NCBI RefSeq assembly: GCF_006345805.1 | Contig: NC_042997.1 | Coordinates: forward strand, 133,238,001-133,302,000 | Direction: 5' to 3' | DNA length: 64,000 nucleotides | Source of the DNA: Octopus sinensis | Lineage: Eukaryota | In this document: positions 1-13,675 of the stretch, piece by piece | How positions within the stretch are numbered: position 1 is the first letter of the stretch | Layout of the letters: every line of letters starts with the position of its first letter | Program-made: the position numbers and the translations under genes | The notes under the pieces: generated by a model | Seen by the model: only the letters and a program-made list of their open reading frames with translations | Told to the model about the DNA's origin: nothing | Databases searched by the model: none

Positions 1-1760
1 CTAGTCGATATAAATAAGGTGACGTCGGTCAGTATAAAGAGAGTTTATGTAGTAGACGGTTATAGATTGCCGTGGTTTTACTTGTCTTTCTAACTATACT
101 GCTATACCGGAGTGAGCGTTATAACAATTCGACATTAAGGATTACAATAGTGGCAACAAGGAATTAACAAATCCACGATGAATTAACAAACTCACAAAAG
201 TATTTTTGGTGCGAACTTTACGGAAAAAATAATCGTAAAACTATGGAAAGTTTGTTGGCCGGTTTTCTCGAGTTGCACAAACAGCAACAATAGAAACTAT
301 AAAAAAACAGAACTGAAAGAACAACAACAGCAGTAGCTACAACTGCAAGAAAAACAGCAGAAGCAGCAACACCAATTATTATTACAGCAACAAATTCTGC
401 TATTAATGAAGAGCAAGTCGCTGAAAAGATTCTCTCATCAGATGAAGGAGTTACTTCTGAGGCGTACTATAGAAGATACGAAAAATCTTCAATAACGAGT
501 GCAAAGATTGAGATGACGATATGAAAATGTGTTTAATCTTAAGAAAATTGTCAGCAGGAGAACATGAAAATTACAGCAATTTCATACTCCCGAAAAAACC
601 TGACATAAACTTTAAAGTTACAATAGACATATTGTGTAAAAATTTTAGTGAGTAAAGCTCTTTCAATATACGTTGGAAATGTTTGAACTAGAAAAGAACA
701 ACGAGAAGGGCTACATCACATACGCTGGTAGAGTTAACAGGGAATGTGAAATGAAGACGAATTGATGCCAGATATGTTCACGTGCCTGATATTTACTCAG
801 GGGATAAATGCAGAGGAAGACGCTGACGTAAGAAGAAGAATTCTCGCTAAGCTGAAACAAATCCAAGCTGTAACCGTACAACAATTGTCAGAAGAGTGTG
901 GAAGGACAATGAATTTAAGACACGATTGAACATAAAGATTGCTCCCATGTGAAACAAGTGCGAAATAGACAGAACAGAAGTCAAGTGTGTACTAAAATAC
1001 TGTACAAACAGGACTAGAATCAGGAAAAAAAAAACATGTTTTGCATGTGGAGGCCTACACCTGAGAAAAATTTGTCCATTTAAGAAAACGGAATGTTTCT
1101 TTTGTGAAAAAATTGGACACGTAAAAGCGCACTGTAGGACCAAGATGACAAAATTTTGGAACAAAGAAAAAAGAATAAACAGTATGTCGTCGAAAGAAAA
1201 TAGTAATATAACAGAAATTTCGTAAACGTGAAAATTAGAAGTATAAGAATAAAAATGCAGTTAGTCACTGAAAGTATTATTACCATTGTGAACGAAAAAA
1301 CTTGGAAGTATGTCGGCAAGCTGAAATTAAGTAAATCTACAAAAGTAGGACATGATGTTACGGGTAAAAGATTGTATCTTGTCGGTGAATTTGTGTGTAA
1401 TGTAATAGTTCGTGACCAAATGAAAGCGGCAAAAATATATGTGCTAAAACTTCAGTTAATCTATTCGGCACAGAGTGGATGGAACTATTCAAATTGTGGA
1501 ACACGCCCATAAGTGTTTTGTGTGGGAATATAGTCGGTTCAGTCGAAGTTCGAACGAGGCTGAAGGACTGAAACAAAAAATAAAACATTTATTTACCGAT
1601 GTTTTCTCGGAGTAACTGAGCCGTTGCAAAAATCAAAGGCAAAAATCGTGGTAAAACCCTCGATTCAATAACACCGTGTACAAACTCTATTACTTGGAAA
1701 GACCAATTCTAAATTCTATTGGAACTTACTCGCAAGGAACTGGAATCTTATATGTGTACC
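1..1760 (+). mobile_element. Decayed Ty3/Gypsy LTR retrotransposon: possible 3' part of the 5' LTR, gag with two zinc knuckles, aspartic protease
   Basis: 1037-1135 translates CFACGGLHLRKICPFKKTECFFCEKIGHVKAHC (two CCHC knuckles). ORF 1228-1512 has MQLVTESIITIVNEKTWKYVG, a degenerate LDTGS protease site. Possible LTR end ...TTACA near 146 followed by PBS-like TGGCAACAAG. Many stops and frameshifts. Confidence 0.8.
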
Positions 1761-2029
1761 ATTCTGCCTAAATAATGGATTTACAAATGCAGTATCCCTA
1801 CATATCTCACGTCTATTTTCATGACTCCACTTCACTCTCTTTCATATCTTATCTAGAATAACCATTGCTTAACCATTTTCTTACACCGTCTCCGGAAATA
1901 GCTTTAAGACCTTCTATTTATAAATGTTCTAAAATCATTCACACCCTTGTATATTTGCATGTATGGATGGATATAGATATGTATGTGTGTGTGTTTGTGT
2001 GTGCGTTTGAGTGTGCGTTTGCTCCCCCA

Positions 2030-2200
2030 CACCATCGCTTCACAACCGATGCTGGTGTATTTATATCTCCGTAACTTAACGGTTCCGCAAAAGAGACCGA
2101 TAAAATAATTACTAGGCTTACAAAGAATAAGTCCTTAGGTCTATTTGTTCGACTAAAGGCCGTGCTCCAGCATGGCCGCAATCAAATGACTGAAACATAT
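2030..2200 (+). mobile_element. CORE-type SINE, 3' half
   Basis: Matches the 3' half of the complete copy at 56034-56445 (accgatgctggt...catggccgc..aaatgactgaaac). Confidence 0.8.
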
Positions 2201-2279
2201 AAAAACATAAAAGTATATATATATATATATATATATATAAGAAATATTGAATTTCTAAATCTCTCGTAGAGACATGTAC

Positions 2280-4050
2280 GGTGTTGGGGCGATAGAATGG
2301 TTGTATACTGTCAATCTAACAAGAACGTGACAGTAGGGGGTACACCACCGCTGTATAGCCCTAGGAAGCATCGAACGCCTCCTGATAGCTTTGACACATT
2401 TTTTTCCCCTGTGTCCTTATATAGATATACGAAGGGTAGACAAATCGATAAATGGCAAAAGTAGAGACGTGGTATACTACATGCAGCGCACGGAAGGAAA
2501 TTATAGGAATGCAACCACAGTTTATATAGGTAAAACGGCATGTATCAGGTTATGATATAAATTCTGTCCGAATTTTGAATAAAGAAAACAAGTTATCAAA
2601 TGTTATATTTAATTGAAAGTTAACCATCAATGTAGTTCCCTGATTATCTATGACTTCCTTCCATCTATTTACAAGCTTTTTAATCCCATCATTGTAAAAC
2701 TCTTTTGGTTTCAAAGTGAAGATCTCTGAAATGTCAGTTTCGACCTACTCCTGGCTTGCGAAAGTTATGTCCCCCACATGATTATGTAAACTACGAAACA
2801 AATAGTAGTCTGAAGGAGCACGGTCGGGAAAATAAGGTGGATGAGGAATTTTTTCCCAACCAAGCTCTTCAATCTCCTGTGACGTGATCTTTGCAGTGTG
2901 GGGTCGCGTATTGTCCTGATGAAACATCACTCCTTTTCGATTCACTAAAGCGGGTCTGTTTTTCTTCAAAGCTTGGTTCAAACGCTCTAATTTCTGACAG
3001 TAGACTTGAGCATTGATTGTTGCATTAGGTGGTCACAATTCAAAGTGAATTACTCCTTTGCAATCCCACCAGATGGAGAGAAGAACCTTTTTCTCATGAA
3101 GTTCTCTTCTTGGTTGTGGTTGAGCTTTTTCCCTTTTACCAAGGCACTGTTTACGACGTTTAACATTTCGATAGAAGATCCATTTTTCGTCACCAGTCAC
3201 AAGTCTATACCAAAGGGGTGAAATGGGTTCGCGAGAAAAGAGAGAAGAGCAGATGTCAACTCGGGATTTGCGGTTCATGAGGCTCCTATTTTCCAAGTTT
3301 AGGAGGCTTTCCAAGTTGTTGAAGATGACGAAGAACAGTTGTATGGTTTGAACTAAGCTTTATTGCCAATTCTTCAACTGATAATGCAGGAGTTTCTTCA
3401 AGTAATGCCTCAAGGAGCTTATCATCAAGCTCAACTGGACGTCCTGATGTCTTCATCGTCAAGTTTGAAATTTCCACTTCTGAATTTTGCAATTCTTCTT
3501 CTGCAAGTTCTTTCATTGAAGCATTCTTTCCTATAAACTGAGTGTTATGTTTCGAATCACTTCGGCTGCAGAGTTTCCTTTTCTGTACTCACAAAGCATT
3601 ATGTGCCTCAAATTCTCTTTGGATACTTCCTTGTTAGAAAGGGTTTTAATCAAAGAAATTGTAATTCTATTATCCTGTAAAATAATATTTAATTAGTTTA
3701 AATGTACACAAATGCATAAAAATAATTTTTAATTCCATTAGACATTATAAAATACTATTAAATTTAATTCAATTTTAAAAAAGGTAAAATTGGACAGAAC
3801 TTATGGGATGACCTGATAGTATGGATGAAAGGTTCGAAGTACACTAGCGTGAGTAGTATTAAGGGATATCAGCGTCTTTTCTCTACCAACACTCCATTGA
3901 TAAACATGACAGATCGATAAACGAAGCCGAAATTACATTCCTTTCCCTGCGCCGATGTGATACAATAGGACAACGACGTACTGCACCCACTGGAATCAGA
4001 AACCGAACTTACGCTTCAAACTCTATTTCCACGTATTGCACGACAACTAA
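2280..4050 (+). mobile_element. Penelope-like element GIY-YIG endonuclease remnant, split by a mariner insertion (PLE parts about 2280-2542 and 3819-4050)
   Basis: Before the mariner: SRDVVYYMQRTEGNYRNATTVYIGKTAC. After it: SMDERFEVH..SFLYQHSIDKHD. Joined, this gives the VY..C..YIG-T..R..H pattern of PLE GIY-YIG domains. Confidence 0.65.
2543..3818 (-). mobile_element. Full-length (about 1.28 kb) mariner DNA transposon with decayed DD34D transposase
   Basis: TIRs TATCAGGTTATGATATAAATTCTGTCC (2543) and GGACAGAACTTATGGGATGACCTGATA (to 3818), with TA at both ends. Minus-strand ORF pieces LVTGDEKWIFY, FHQDNTRPH, HPPYFPDRAPSDYYLFRSL, and N-terminal LRHIMLCEYRKGNSAAE. Confidence 0.93.
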
Positions 4051-4244
4051 ATATATTTGCTTAGATACAATTATGGAGTTAAAACAATCATAAAGAAATG
4101 AAAACTGAAACTGTAACTTTAAATTCAATTGTCGCAAAAATTTGCCAGAATTTTGAAGAACAGCGTCGTTTATTAGAATTAAATATAAATTTACTGCAAA
4201 CAGACCAAAAAAATCATCGTGGATAAAAGTAGACGTCTCCTTCT

Positions 4245-4665
4245 TATTTCTTTATTGCACACAAAGTACTAAACATAGAGGGGACAAACAAGGACAGACA
4301 AAGGGATTAAGTCGATTACATCGACCCCAGTGCGTAACTGGTACTTAATTTATCGTCCCCCAAATGATGAAAGGCAAAATCGACCTCGGCGGAATTCGAA
4401 CTCAGAACGTAACGGCAGACGAAATACCTATTTCTATTTCTTTACTACCCACAAAGGGCTAAACACAGAGAGGACAAACAAGGACAGACAAACGGATTAA
4501 GTCGATTATATCGACCCCAGTGTGTAACTGGTACTTATTTAATCGACCCCGAAAGGATCAATGGCAAAGTCGACCTTGGCGGAATTTGAACTCAGAAAGT
4601 AGCGGCAGACGAAATACCGCTAAGCATTTCGCCCGGCGTGCTAACGTTTCTGCCAGCTCGCCGCC
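4245..4665 (-). mobile_element. SINE family A (tRNA-like head), dimeric copy
   Basis: Head ggcggcgagctggcagaaacgttagcacgccgggcgaaatgcttagcgg, body ttctgagttcaaattccgccgaggtcgactttgcc, then a second 5'-truncated monomer in tandem. Same family recurs more than 10 times in the window. Confidence 0.88.
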
Positions 4666-4914
4666 TTATACACCTTTGGTAGAGGTTTCCTACCAAATCA
4701 TGACTGTTGTCTCAATATGGAGTGAAATTATAATCCCAATAAAAAGAAGATATGTGAACCACATGTACAATCTGAGCCAAATCGATTTAGTTTTATGCAA
4801 AGACAGAAAAATCTGTACAACTTACTACGAATTATGACCCATAAAATGAATCGTTCGAATCTACACATGTCTAAATATTTTCCGTAAACAAAACATTATA
4901 CAGCAATGCAAAAT

Positions 4915-5050
4915 AGTATGTATGTATGTATGTATGTATGTATGTATGTATGTATGTATGTATGTATGTATGTATGTATGTATGCATGCATGCATGCATG
5001 TATGTATGTATGTATGCATGTATGTATGTATGTATGTATGTATATGTGCA
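4915..5050. repeat. (TATG)n microsatellite
   Basis: Direct reading of the sequence. Confidence 0.97.
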
Positions 5051-5410
5051 GATTTGTATGTATGGTCTTATGTACGTCTTCCCATGCATATACTTACGTA
5101 TCTAGACATGCCCATATATACTTAAATGATAAACTTCTGGAAAGTTTTACAGATTTTTACAGTTCCAGTGATGGACTGGATCTATAGTCTTTGAATCGGC
5201 TTTATCCTGAACTAGTAATCTGGATAGTATAGCTGCAGATATTTCAATAGTTCAACGTAGGTATTCTCTTTTACAACGATCTCCAGCTTTATGTTAACAT
5301 CCGCTGGGCAGCTGGTTTCAACAACTGTACATAGTTTCTTTTCTGTATTCCAAATCATTATATCAGGTCTGTTGAATTTACATTTTATTGAGGTTTTCAC
5401 TGGCATATTC
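5050..5410 (-). mobile_element. RLE (R4-like) LINE 3' fragment, (CATA)n-associated family, copy 1
   Basis: NRPDIMIWNTEKKLCTVVETSCPADVNIKLEIVVKENTY (PD..E..K nuclease motif) and C-terminal IQSITGTVKICKTF. (CATA)n arrays on both sides on the sense strand. Confidence 0.82.
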
Positions 5411-5747
5411 ATACATACATACGTACGTACGCCTGTCTGTATGTATGTATGTATATGCATGTATGTATGCATGTATGTATGTACAGAGGTATATGTGTGT
5501 GTCTGTATGTCTGTTTGTGTTTTAAAAGGAGAGATATTTTAGGGAATATAATCGCTCGTATGCAAAAATACAGATAGCCACAATTTGAAAGCGCTTACCA
5601 TAAGTTTGCTCGATCACGAATAATATGTGGCTAAACAATAACAACTGCAATACATTTCAGTCGAAGAAGAATCTTGGACAACAGTAATTGTAAGGCTTTC
5701 TTCCTTCTTTCACTACCTTGATTGGATGCCTTTCCCAAGAGTGGATA

Positions 5748-5935
5748 TAGGTGCAGGCGTGGCTGTGTGTGGTACGAAGCTGGCTTCACGAAGCTTGCTT
5801 CATAACCACATGGTTCCGAGTTCAGTCCTACTGCGTGGTAACTTGGCGACGTGTCTTCAACAATAGCCTCAGACTGACTAAAGCCTTTTGAGTGTATTTG
5901 GTACACGGAAATCGGAAGAAGCCTGTCATGTGTAC
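5748..5935 (-). mobile_element. CORE-type SINE, 5' half
   Basis: Reverse complement of the ggcgtggctgtgtggt..cccactgcgtgg..ggcaagtgtctt head. Confidence 0.8.
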
Positions 5936-5962
5936 GTGTGTATGTGAGTGTGTGTGTGTATC

Positions 5963-5996
<34 letters not shown>

Positions 5997-6234
5997 ATAG
6001 GTATATACACACACACACATTGTGGAACCGTTATTTTAACGAATTGTTCTTATTTATTTATCACCTGACGAGATACATCTGCGCCACCGGATACTCCTGA
6101 ACCAGTTGTTGAGTGTCCCACTGAAGAGGAATCGATGATAATAATAAATTCTCGTATATTCCATCTTCTGTCTTTCATTTGTTATATATATGTATATATA
6201 TATATGCATAGATGCGTGTGTCTTTGTGTCTGTA

Positions 6235-6420
6235 CTTGGCCCCACGATCGCTTGAAAAACCGTGCTGGTGTGCTTCCGCCCCCGTAACCTAGTGGTTCGG
6301 CAAAAGAAACCGATAGAATAAGTAGCAGGCTAAAAAAATATAAGTCCTGAGGTCGATTTGTTCGACTAAAACTCTTGAAAACGGTGGCCAAGCATGGCAG
6401 CCTTCAAATGACTAATAAAA
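6235..6420 (+). mobile_element. CORE-type SINE, 3' half
   Basis: Matches the 3' half of 56034-56445. Confidence 0.78.
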
Positions 6421-6556
6421 GAAAAATAATAAATGAATACATTCTATTATTATCATGTAGAAAAACTACACGCCAAAAATTTCTATACATAAAATCCTAT
6501 GTCACTTACTGCACTATTTTTGCGATAGCATGCTAACACTTGCATGTATACACACA

Positions 6557-6647
<91 letters not shown>

Positions 6648-6739
6648 TGGTCCCAAACACACTTAGATAACTAAGACAGCTTAGATATATTTCGACCAAT
6701 GTTTGGCAAAGGCCATGTCTAACTTAAGAGCAGTACCTG

Positions 6740-7040
6740 ATAAGACCAGTTAAGTCATTTTTGCGTCAGGTTTTGAGGTATCATGGCCCATTCATCTAGG
6801 GAGTTGTTTTTGACTGAGATGTATCCAGGTATAAGTAGCTTATCTGGCAACCCTTGAAGAAATTTATCCAGGTTTCCTTTGATGATGGTGGGATCCTTGA
6901 TGTGTTTTGAGATAACGTTAAATAGAGCAGAACCTGTTGAGGAAAAGAAATTGTGTTGCAGTGAATTCATGTGTTGTGAGCCTGAATTGCGTAGGAGGTG
7001 TGAGGCACGTATCCCCAGCCTGGAATGAATTCTGGTTTTA
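6740..7040 (-). mobile_element. CR1/L2-group LINE 3' end fragment
   Basis: HNFFSSTGSALFNVISKHIKDPTIIKGNLDKFLQGLPDKLLIPGYISVKNNSLDEW fits the G..LFN..P...FK..LD.FL..PD C-terminal pattern. Similar piece at 50380-50620. Confidence 0.65.
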
Positions 7041-7555
7041 ATTTTAAGGTTCGTGTATGTGTGTGTTTCTGAGTTCGCGCACGCGTGTGTATGTATCTAT
7101 TTATGTATGAATGTACATATGTATCTATATATGTACGTGCGTACGTACGCATGTACTTATCTATGCTTGTATGTATGCCTGTTTGTCTGCTTGTCTGGCT
7201 GTATGTATGTATATACATCTACGTATGTATATATGCATGTATTATGCTTGTATGCATGTATATTATTCAGTCCAATATCATAGGAATATATCACTCATTG
7301 TGTTGTTTACCTTTTAAGATGATATGTTACTGAATTTGAGAGAGGGATTTGGCTATTATTTCTGCCAAGTTGAGTAGTTTTGCAAGAACCTATCCCTTTT
7401 GTTAGTTACTTAAACCTAATTATATAAAGTGCATTCTTTCACATAAAGAGAGCATTCGTTCTCTCCCCATTCGTTCGCGTAGATCACTTTATATCGGCGA
7501 ATGGTGACTCACAGCAATAGCATATATATAACTCTATTACTAACATTCGACCTTA

Positions 7556-8300
7556 TTTCACATTCTGTGTCACGCTGAATCTTCCTGCGAACTACGTTAA
7601 GATTACGTGTGTCTGTGGGGTGCTCAGCCCCTTGCACGTTAATTTTATAAGCATGCTGTTTTATTCATCGAGTCATTTGGAACACTCGTCATCGTAACAT
7701 TCGGAGGGCTAGTTAGTTAGTTATTATCGTTCGGTATTGCTGGTAATTGGTTGAACGGGTAAGACCGGTTCGCATACCTATCTTTCCACTTACACCATAT
7801 CACCTCCGGTACTGTAGTGAGTTCGATTCCCTGACAGGGCTGTGTGTGTTGTGTTCTTGAGCAAAGCCCTTTATATCACGTTGCTCCAGTTCACTCAGCT
7901 GTAGAAATGAGTTGCAACGTCACTGGTGCCAAGCTGAATCGGCCTTTATCTTTCACATGGGTAACATCGGTACCGAGGCTGGTATGCATGGGCGACTACT
8001 GGTCTTCCACAAACAACCTTACCCAGACTTGTGCCTCGGAAGAGAACTTTCTAGGTGCATCCCATGCTCATTCATGACCAAAGGGGTCTTTTTTTTTTAC
8101 TGTACATTCAGACATGTCGTAATCATTCATAAGGTGTGCAGTGGTGGTGAGTCTGAATATAAACACACTGCATATTCTCGTCATAGTCCAACCTAATTTC
8201 ATATGTCCTCAGCAAAAGCGGATAATATGGTCTTGGGGATATTTTCCATCTCACAATTTTTTTAACAGTTTGAAACTCCGAATACTGGTAGAATTTCTCA
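7556..8300 (+). repeat. Composite block (retroposon tail + SINE-like unit + unique spacers), duplicated at 11507-12200
   Basis: Colinear similarity by eye from cacattctgtgtcacg to ..atattctc..aacctaa. Contains a B-box-like gttcgattccc and a gtgttcttgagcaa..gttgctccagttcactcagctg central domain. Confidence 0.8.
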
Positions 8301-8639
8301 CATATAACACGGCTTACTCTGAAAGTTTTTGACACAGTTTCTTATTTTAGCAGTTATTTCGTGTTAAAGTTGTCGTATTTGGGTAATTTCGGTCAATCAG
8401 TGACGTGTAAGCTACTACAGTTTGCGATAGTAATCCAGAAGGAACAACTTCCGGGTCATCTCTACTAAATGTCACTACTGTTCTATTCGTACGGCGAGCG
8501 AAGATAATGTCACCTTTATCTTTTCTTCCTTTCTTGTCAGCACCGTACATTCCTTACTCTTTCCCTCCCTTCTACACTATCAAGTAACAACCAGCGAGCG
8601 AACTTGTCACTGCCACTATAATTACTGTATTTTCCGGTG

Positions 8640-9321
8640 TCGAGGATCATCACCGGTTACGAGAGTTGGGTTTACGAGTACAACCCTGAGACGAAGCAGC
8701 AGTCGTCACAATGGAAGAGCCCTTCATCTCTCCACGACTGAAGAAGGTACGACAGAACTGCAGCTCAATCAATAGGATACTGATCGTTTTGTTTTTGTTT
8801 TTCGACATCCGTGGTATTGTGCATCGAGAATTCGTCTTCCAGGACCAGACCGTTCAATAGATCGTTCTACTAAGAAGTTTTGAAACGTTTGAGGGAAGGG
8901 GTGCATTCGGTGAAAGCGACCGGGTCTGTGGAGCACAAAGGATTGGATTCTTCACGACGACAATGCACCCTGTCACCGAGCCCTCCTCATTCGTGGGTTT
9001 CTCTCCAAAAACAACATGGTATCACTTCCGCACCCGTCCTACTTGCCAGATTTAGCATCCCTTACTCAAGGTGAAAAGGCAGCTAAAAGCAGCTCAAAGG
9101 TCACCGTTTTGACGCCGTTGTCATGATCCAGAGCGAATCACAGGACGTCCTCAACTCGCTAACGGAAAGCGACTTCTGGGCTGGATTCCAAAAGTGGCAG
9201 GAACGCTAGGACCGGTGTATTGCTACGCAAGGTGACTAATTCAAAGGAGATAATGTTAAAACTTAGGTAGATAAATTATTTTTATTAACCATAACTAGTC
9301 CGAGAACTTTTTCATCGCGTA
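8640..9321 (+). mobile_element. 5'-truncated mariner transposon (second family)
   Basis: SRIITGYESWVYEYNPETKQQSSQWKSPS, FFDIRGIVHREFV, WILHDDNAPCHRALL, HP.YLPDLAS. Ends in TIR-like gtccgagaactttt..cgta. Confidence 0.88.
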
Positions 9322-9579
9322 TTCGAAATTCCTCCATTCTGTCCTCTTCTCTCTTCAGAGAAATTGTTATCATAGCTCTTATCTAGTTATTTATTTAGAC
9401 ACACTCAGAAGAAAATAAAGTGAAAAATAACATACTCTGTATTGTCAACCACATTTTTATCTAACTATCTATCTATCTATCTACCTATCTGTCTATCTAT
9501 TGTCAACCAATGTAAAGATCTTTTTATCGCTGTCGATTTCTCTCTCTTTCTCTCTACACACTCATGTAGCTGTATGTGT

Positions 9580-9970
<391 letters not shown>

Positions 9971-10539
9971 CATGTGTCAGGGAAGCGATGGAAAGACTTA
10001 CGTTTCTGCCAAAACTAAAAAATTTGCTTATGAAGCAATCAACCCTCTATGTTAATCTCTAGTCATCAAGTCTGCAACGTGTAAATTGGTTTTTTGCGAA
10101 ATCATTCGTTTGAACTGTTTGTGATGCTCATTCCTTTTTCTTTATTCAGTTAGATTTCTATTGATGCTGATTTTATGGAAGATGAACCTAGAATGAAATG
10201 TTGGAGACAAACTGAATTTGCAGGAAATAATGTGCAACACACGTTTTTTTTGTTTCTCACTTTTTTAATGTTTTCATTACTGCTGTTTAATCTTTAGTGT
10301 TCTCTAATCGAGAACACTAAAGATCCAAGACAATCCAGTCATGACGATCCCGTCTCGTCATTTGTGTGACTATCTGTGAGAGTACGATGCCCGTATCATA
10401 TAATTTTTTTATGATAGTAAGGTATGATTTGACCGAAATTTGATTGCCATTTATAACAACATAGCAGGTTTGATTGCCATTTATAACAACATAGAAGTCC
10501 TTCGTTGGTTTGCTTGTGCATGTATACGTGTGCATGTGT

Positions 10540-10800
10540 TGAAAGAAACAGTATGGAAGACGCGCTTGAAAGGGATTGGAACGGGTATCTTCGTATCTGG
10601 CCAGGGTTGGTCAACTTTTTTAGTTACCACCTCAGCAGTAAGATCAGGTTGGAGAAGAGGTACCTATCACGTGAAAAATTCAGAAAAAGATGGAAGCTTG
10701 TGGAGAGGAAGCTGGGAGTAACTGGCACCAAGTGAGCGGAGCCACGGAAAGAAAGCAAAGGTCCTACTCTGGTGTAGGATGCCTTTCCCTGGTGTTAAAC
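10540..10800 (+). mobile_element. Tx1/L1-type LINE C-terminal fragment
   Basis: GLVNFFSYHLSSKIRLEKRYLSREKFRKRWKLVERK aligns with LINFFKYHLKRKVRVERQVLSSGCFKKRWVNVARM at the end of ORF 45995-47353. Confidence 0.7.
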
Positions 10801-10937
10801 ATTGCTTTTAGCAATGCATTCATTTTTAATCTCATCTGTATGATAATCATTGTCAATTTTTAATCGTTTAAAGCTACTTCACCCTTTTATGTTTGTCCGT
10901 CCTTGTCCGTCCCCTCTATGTATTGCCTTATGGAAAA

Positions 10938-11332
10938 TCTTTATATATAAAAGTCAAGTTGTGTGTCTCTCCTACGATTTAGATTCCTAACTACTCCCAC
11001 ATTTTGCGGTGCAGTGTAACCAAAAGCGGGTATCTTATAGTCGTGATTCATATCGAGTCCTTCTGGGTATTAGCGCGCGTCTACGATGAGTCTACGATTT
11101 TAAAAATAATTTACCATCATTTCTTTCCATTTTAATGCATTTTTTCGCTATTATATATGAGAAGTAACTCTCTAAAAATGTCTACGATGAGTCAACGATT
11201 TAAAAAAAAATTACCATGATTTTTTTTCCATTCTTAATGTATTTTTTTGCTATTTTTTGGCTATAACTCTCTAAAAATGCTTATATAGTTATTTCCCTTA
11301 CAAACCCGAGCAACGCCGGGCGATACTGCTAG
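10938..11332 (+). mobile_element. Non-autonomous Helitron (395 bp)
   Basis: A|TCTTTATATATAAAAG 5' end. Subterminal hairpin CCCGAGCAACGCCGGG then CTAG|T 3' end. Sits between A and T with no TSD. Internal tandem duplication of about 95 bp (tctacgatgagtc..aactctctaaaaatg). Confidence 0.85.
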
Positions 11333-11506
11333 TGTGAAACAAAGTATATGTGTGTTTGTGTTTGTGTTTGTTAGTACTGATCAAGCACATGAAAGAATGC
11401 GCGTAGTGTGTTCGATACTCGGCGGCACGCTTTATTTTACTTTCATCCAGTTTACTCCGTTGGCAAAAATGAGAAATACCTCTATTTTTCGAAGAGCCAC
11501 CCTTGT

Positions 11507-12200
11507 CACATTCTGTGTCACGTTGAATAATCCTGAAAAACTACGCTCAGATTACGTGTGTCTGTGGAGTGCTGAGTCCCTTGCACGTTAATTTTACAAG
11601 CATACCGTTCTATTCATCGAGTCATTGGAGCCTTCGTCGTTGTAACCTACGGAGAGCCAGTTAGTTAGCGATTATCGTTCGATATTGCAAATAATTGGTT
11701 GAACGGGAAAGACCGGTTCGCATACCTATCTTCCCACTTACACTATATCACATTCTGTACCGAACATTCGGGCTCACAGTCATGAGGTAATAATTTCGAT
11801 TCCCTGACAGGGCTGTGTGTTGTGTTCTTAACTAAGAGACTTTATTTCACGTTGCTCCAGTTCACTCAGCTGTAGAAATGAGTTGCGACATCACTGGTGC
11901 CAAGCTGTATCGGCCTTTGCCTTTCACTTGGATTACATCGGTCGCGTGGAGAGGGGAGGCTGGTATGTATGGGCGACTGCTGGTCTTCCATAAATAACCT
12001 TGCCTAGACTTTTGCCTCGGAGGGGAACTTTCTAGGTGCACCCCATGCTCATTCATGACCGTAGGGGTCTTTTATTTTTTCACTGTACATTCAAACATGT
12101 CGTGATCAATCATAAGGTGTACAGTGGTGGGAAGTTTGAATATAAACACAGTATATTCTCTTCAAAGTTCAACCTAAGAATTCTGGTAAATTTACATTAT
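11507..12200 (+). repeat. Second copy of the composite block at 7556-8300
   Basis: Colinear similarity, including the non-SINE spacers. Confidence 0.8.
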
Positions 12201-13454
12201 GAAAGCTGTAAAAAGAATTAAAAATGCCTGAGAAGTTAAATATGAATATCTAATTGGTAGATCGAGCAAATTATACCCTAATATATAGTTGAGGAAGAGA
12301 ATAGCATAAAAGATGATACATTCGCAGTCAGTAATAAGAAGACGATTCAGGAGATGTTCAGAATTTATTGTACGCTAACAAGGCCCTAACATAAGAAGAC
12401 CTTCGGGAATTAATAGAATTACGAGAATCTCGTTCGTAATCGGTTTATTATTATTGATTATTATTAATTATTACATTTCTCGTTACATATTAAAGATCTA
12501 GCCACACTGAGTTTTAAACACACAAAGTAATGGTATTTATGTACCTCATGTCATCTAATTAGACACTCAACTTTTGCTGTTGCCCTTTCTATCACTGTTC
12601 ACTGTCACAAAATAATGTTTCTAATATAGGCACAACGCCAGAAATTTGGGGGAATTGTGCCAAATACTGCTAGTATTTTATTTTGTCGACCCCCGCAAGG
12701 ATTAAAAACGAAGTTGACTTAGGTGGAATTTGAGCACAGAACCTATCGAAATTGCAACAAAGAATTCTATCATATACTCCGTCAAACAATCGCGCTTCGT
12801 AGACATGAATTACTGGCAGTAAGAGATTTTAAAAAATAAACCGTATTATATTATTTTACTCAAAAACATTCGGCCATTTTGGGTTAACTACAGCAGTAGC
12901 AAAAACAACGTCGGTAACAACAACAAAACACATGATTAGATTGCTTTGTTAAGTATTAGTTCAAACACTTGCGTTAAGATGAAATAACTTGCATCTTTAC
13001 GTATAACGTCTATAGTTTACTTTTTCTAACAAATTTATATTTTAGAAAAGAAAACCAAAAGAATTTAAAATAAAGAATGAAATTGCTAATGAAATTACAC
13101 AATACTTTGTGTTGACATCAAAGATTTTTAAAGCAATCAGGAAATACTGTTGATCAGTTTAAAGAAAACAAAATTTCTGTCAAAAGAAAATAAAATTGTA
13201 GCCAATTTTGTTATAGCTCACGTGTAATGTGTCTCGTTGTTGACTAAAATAGTATTTTTCTCGAGGGCTGAAGTCAAAAGGGAGCAGACAAATTATCACG
13301 TTTAATAAAATTAAGATGACTAAAGTTTTTAAACATGTGCAACGCCATTATGAAGAATTACATGAAAGATGAACAATTATTTGAATGTAAATTCTATTTT
13401 GTTTTTTCATTAAAAAGAGGTCAACCTAGGGACGTCAAAGTCCCTATTCTGGGA

Positions 13455-13675
13455 CAGCGAGCTGGCAGAATCGTTACCGCGCTGGACAAAATGTTTAGCG
13501 ACATTTCTCCTAGCTTTACGTTCTGAGTTCAAATGCTGCCGAAGTCGATTTTTCTTTTCATTCTTTCTGGGTCGATAAAAAGCGTATCAGTCGAGCACTG
13601 GAGTCGATGATATCGTGTTATCCCTTCAACTAAAATTGCTGGCCTCGTGCCAAAATTTGAAATCAGAATTAAAGA
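13455..13675 (+). mobile_element. SINE family A, diverged copy with alternative tail (..aaaattgctggcctcgtgcc..)
   Basis: gcgagctggcagaatcgtta..ttctgagttcaaat..gtcgat. Confidence 0.8.

Noticed and set aside
10152-10300. Peptide ISIDADFMEDEPRMKCWRQTEFAG after a pyrimidine tract
   Set aside because: No usable donor, and the opposite strand offers an equally weak terminal-exon reading.
10430-10495. 30-bp tandem duplication (tttgattgccatttataacaacatag x2); CRISPR-like at first glance
   Set aside because: Only two units, no spacers, eukaryotic context.
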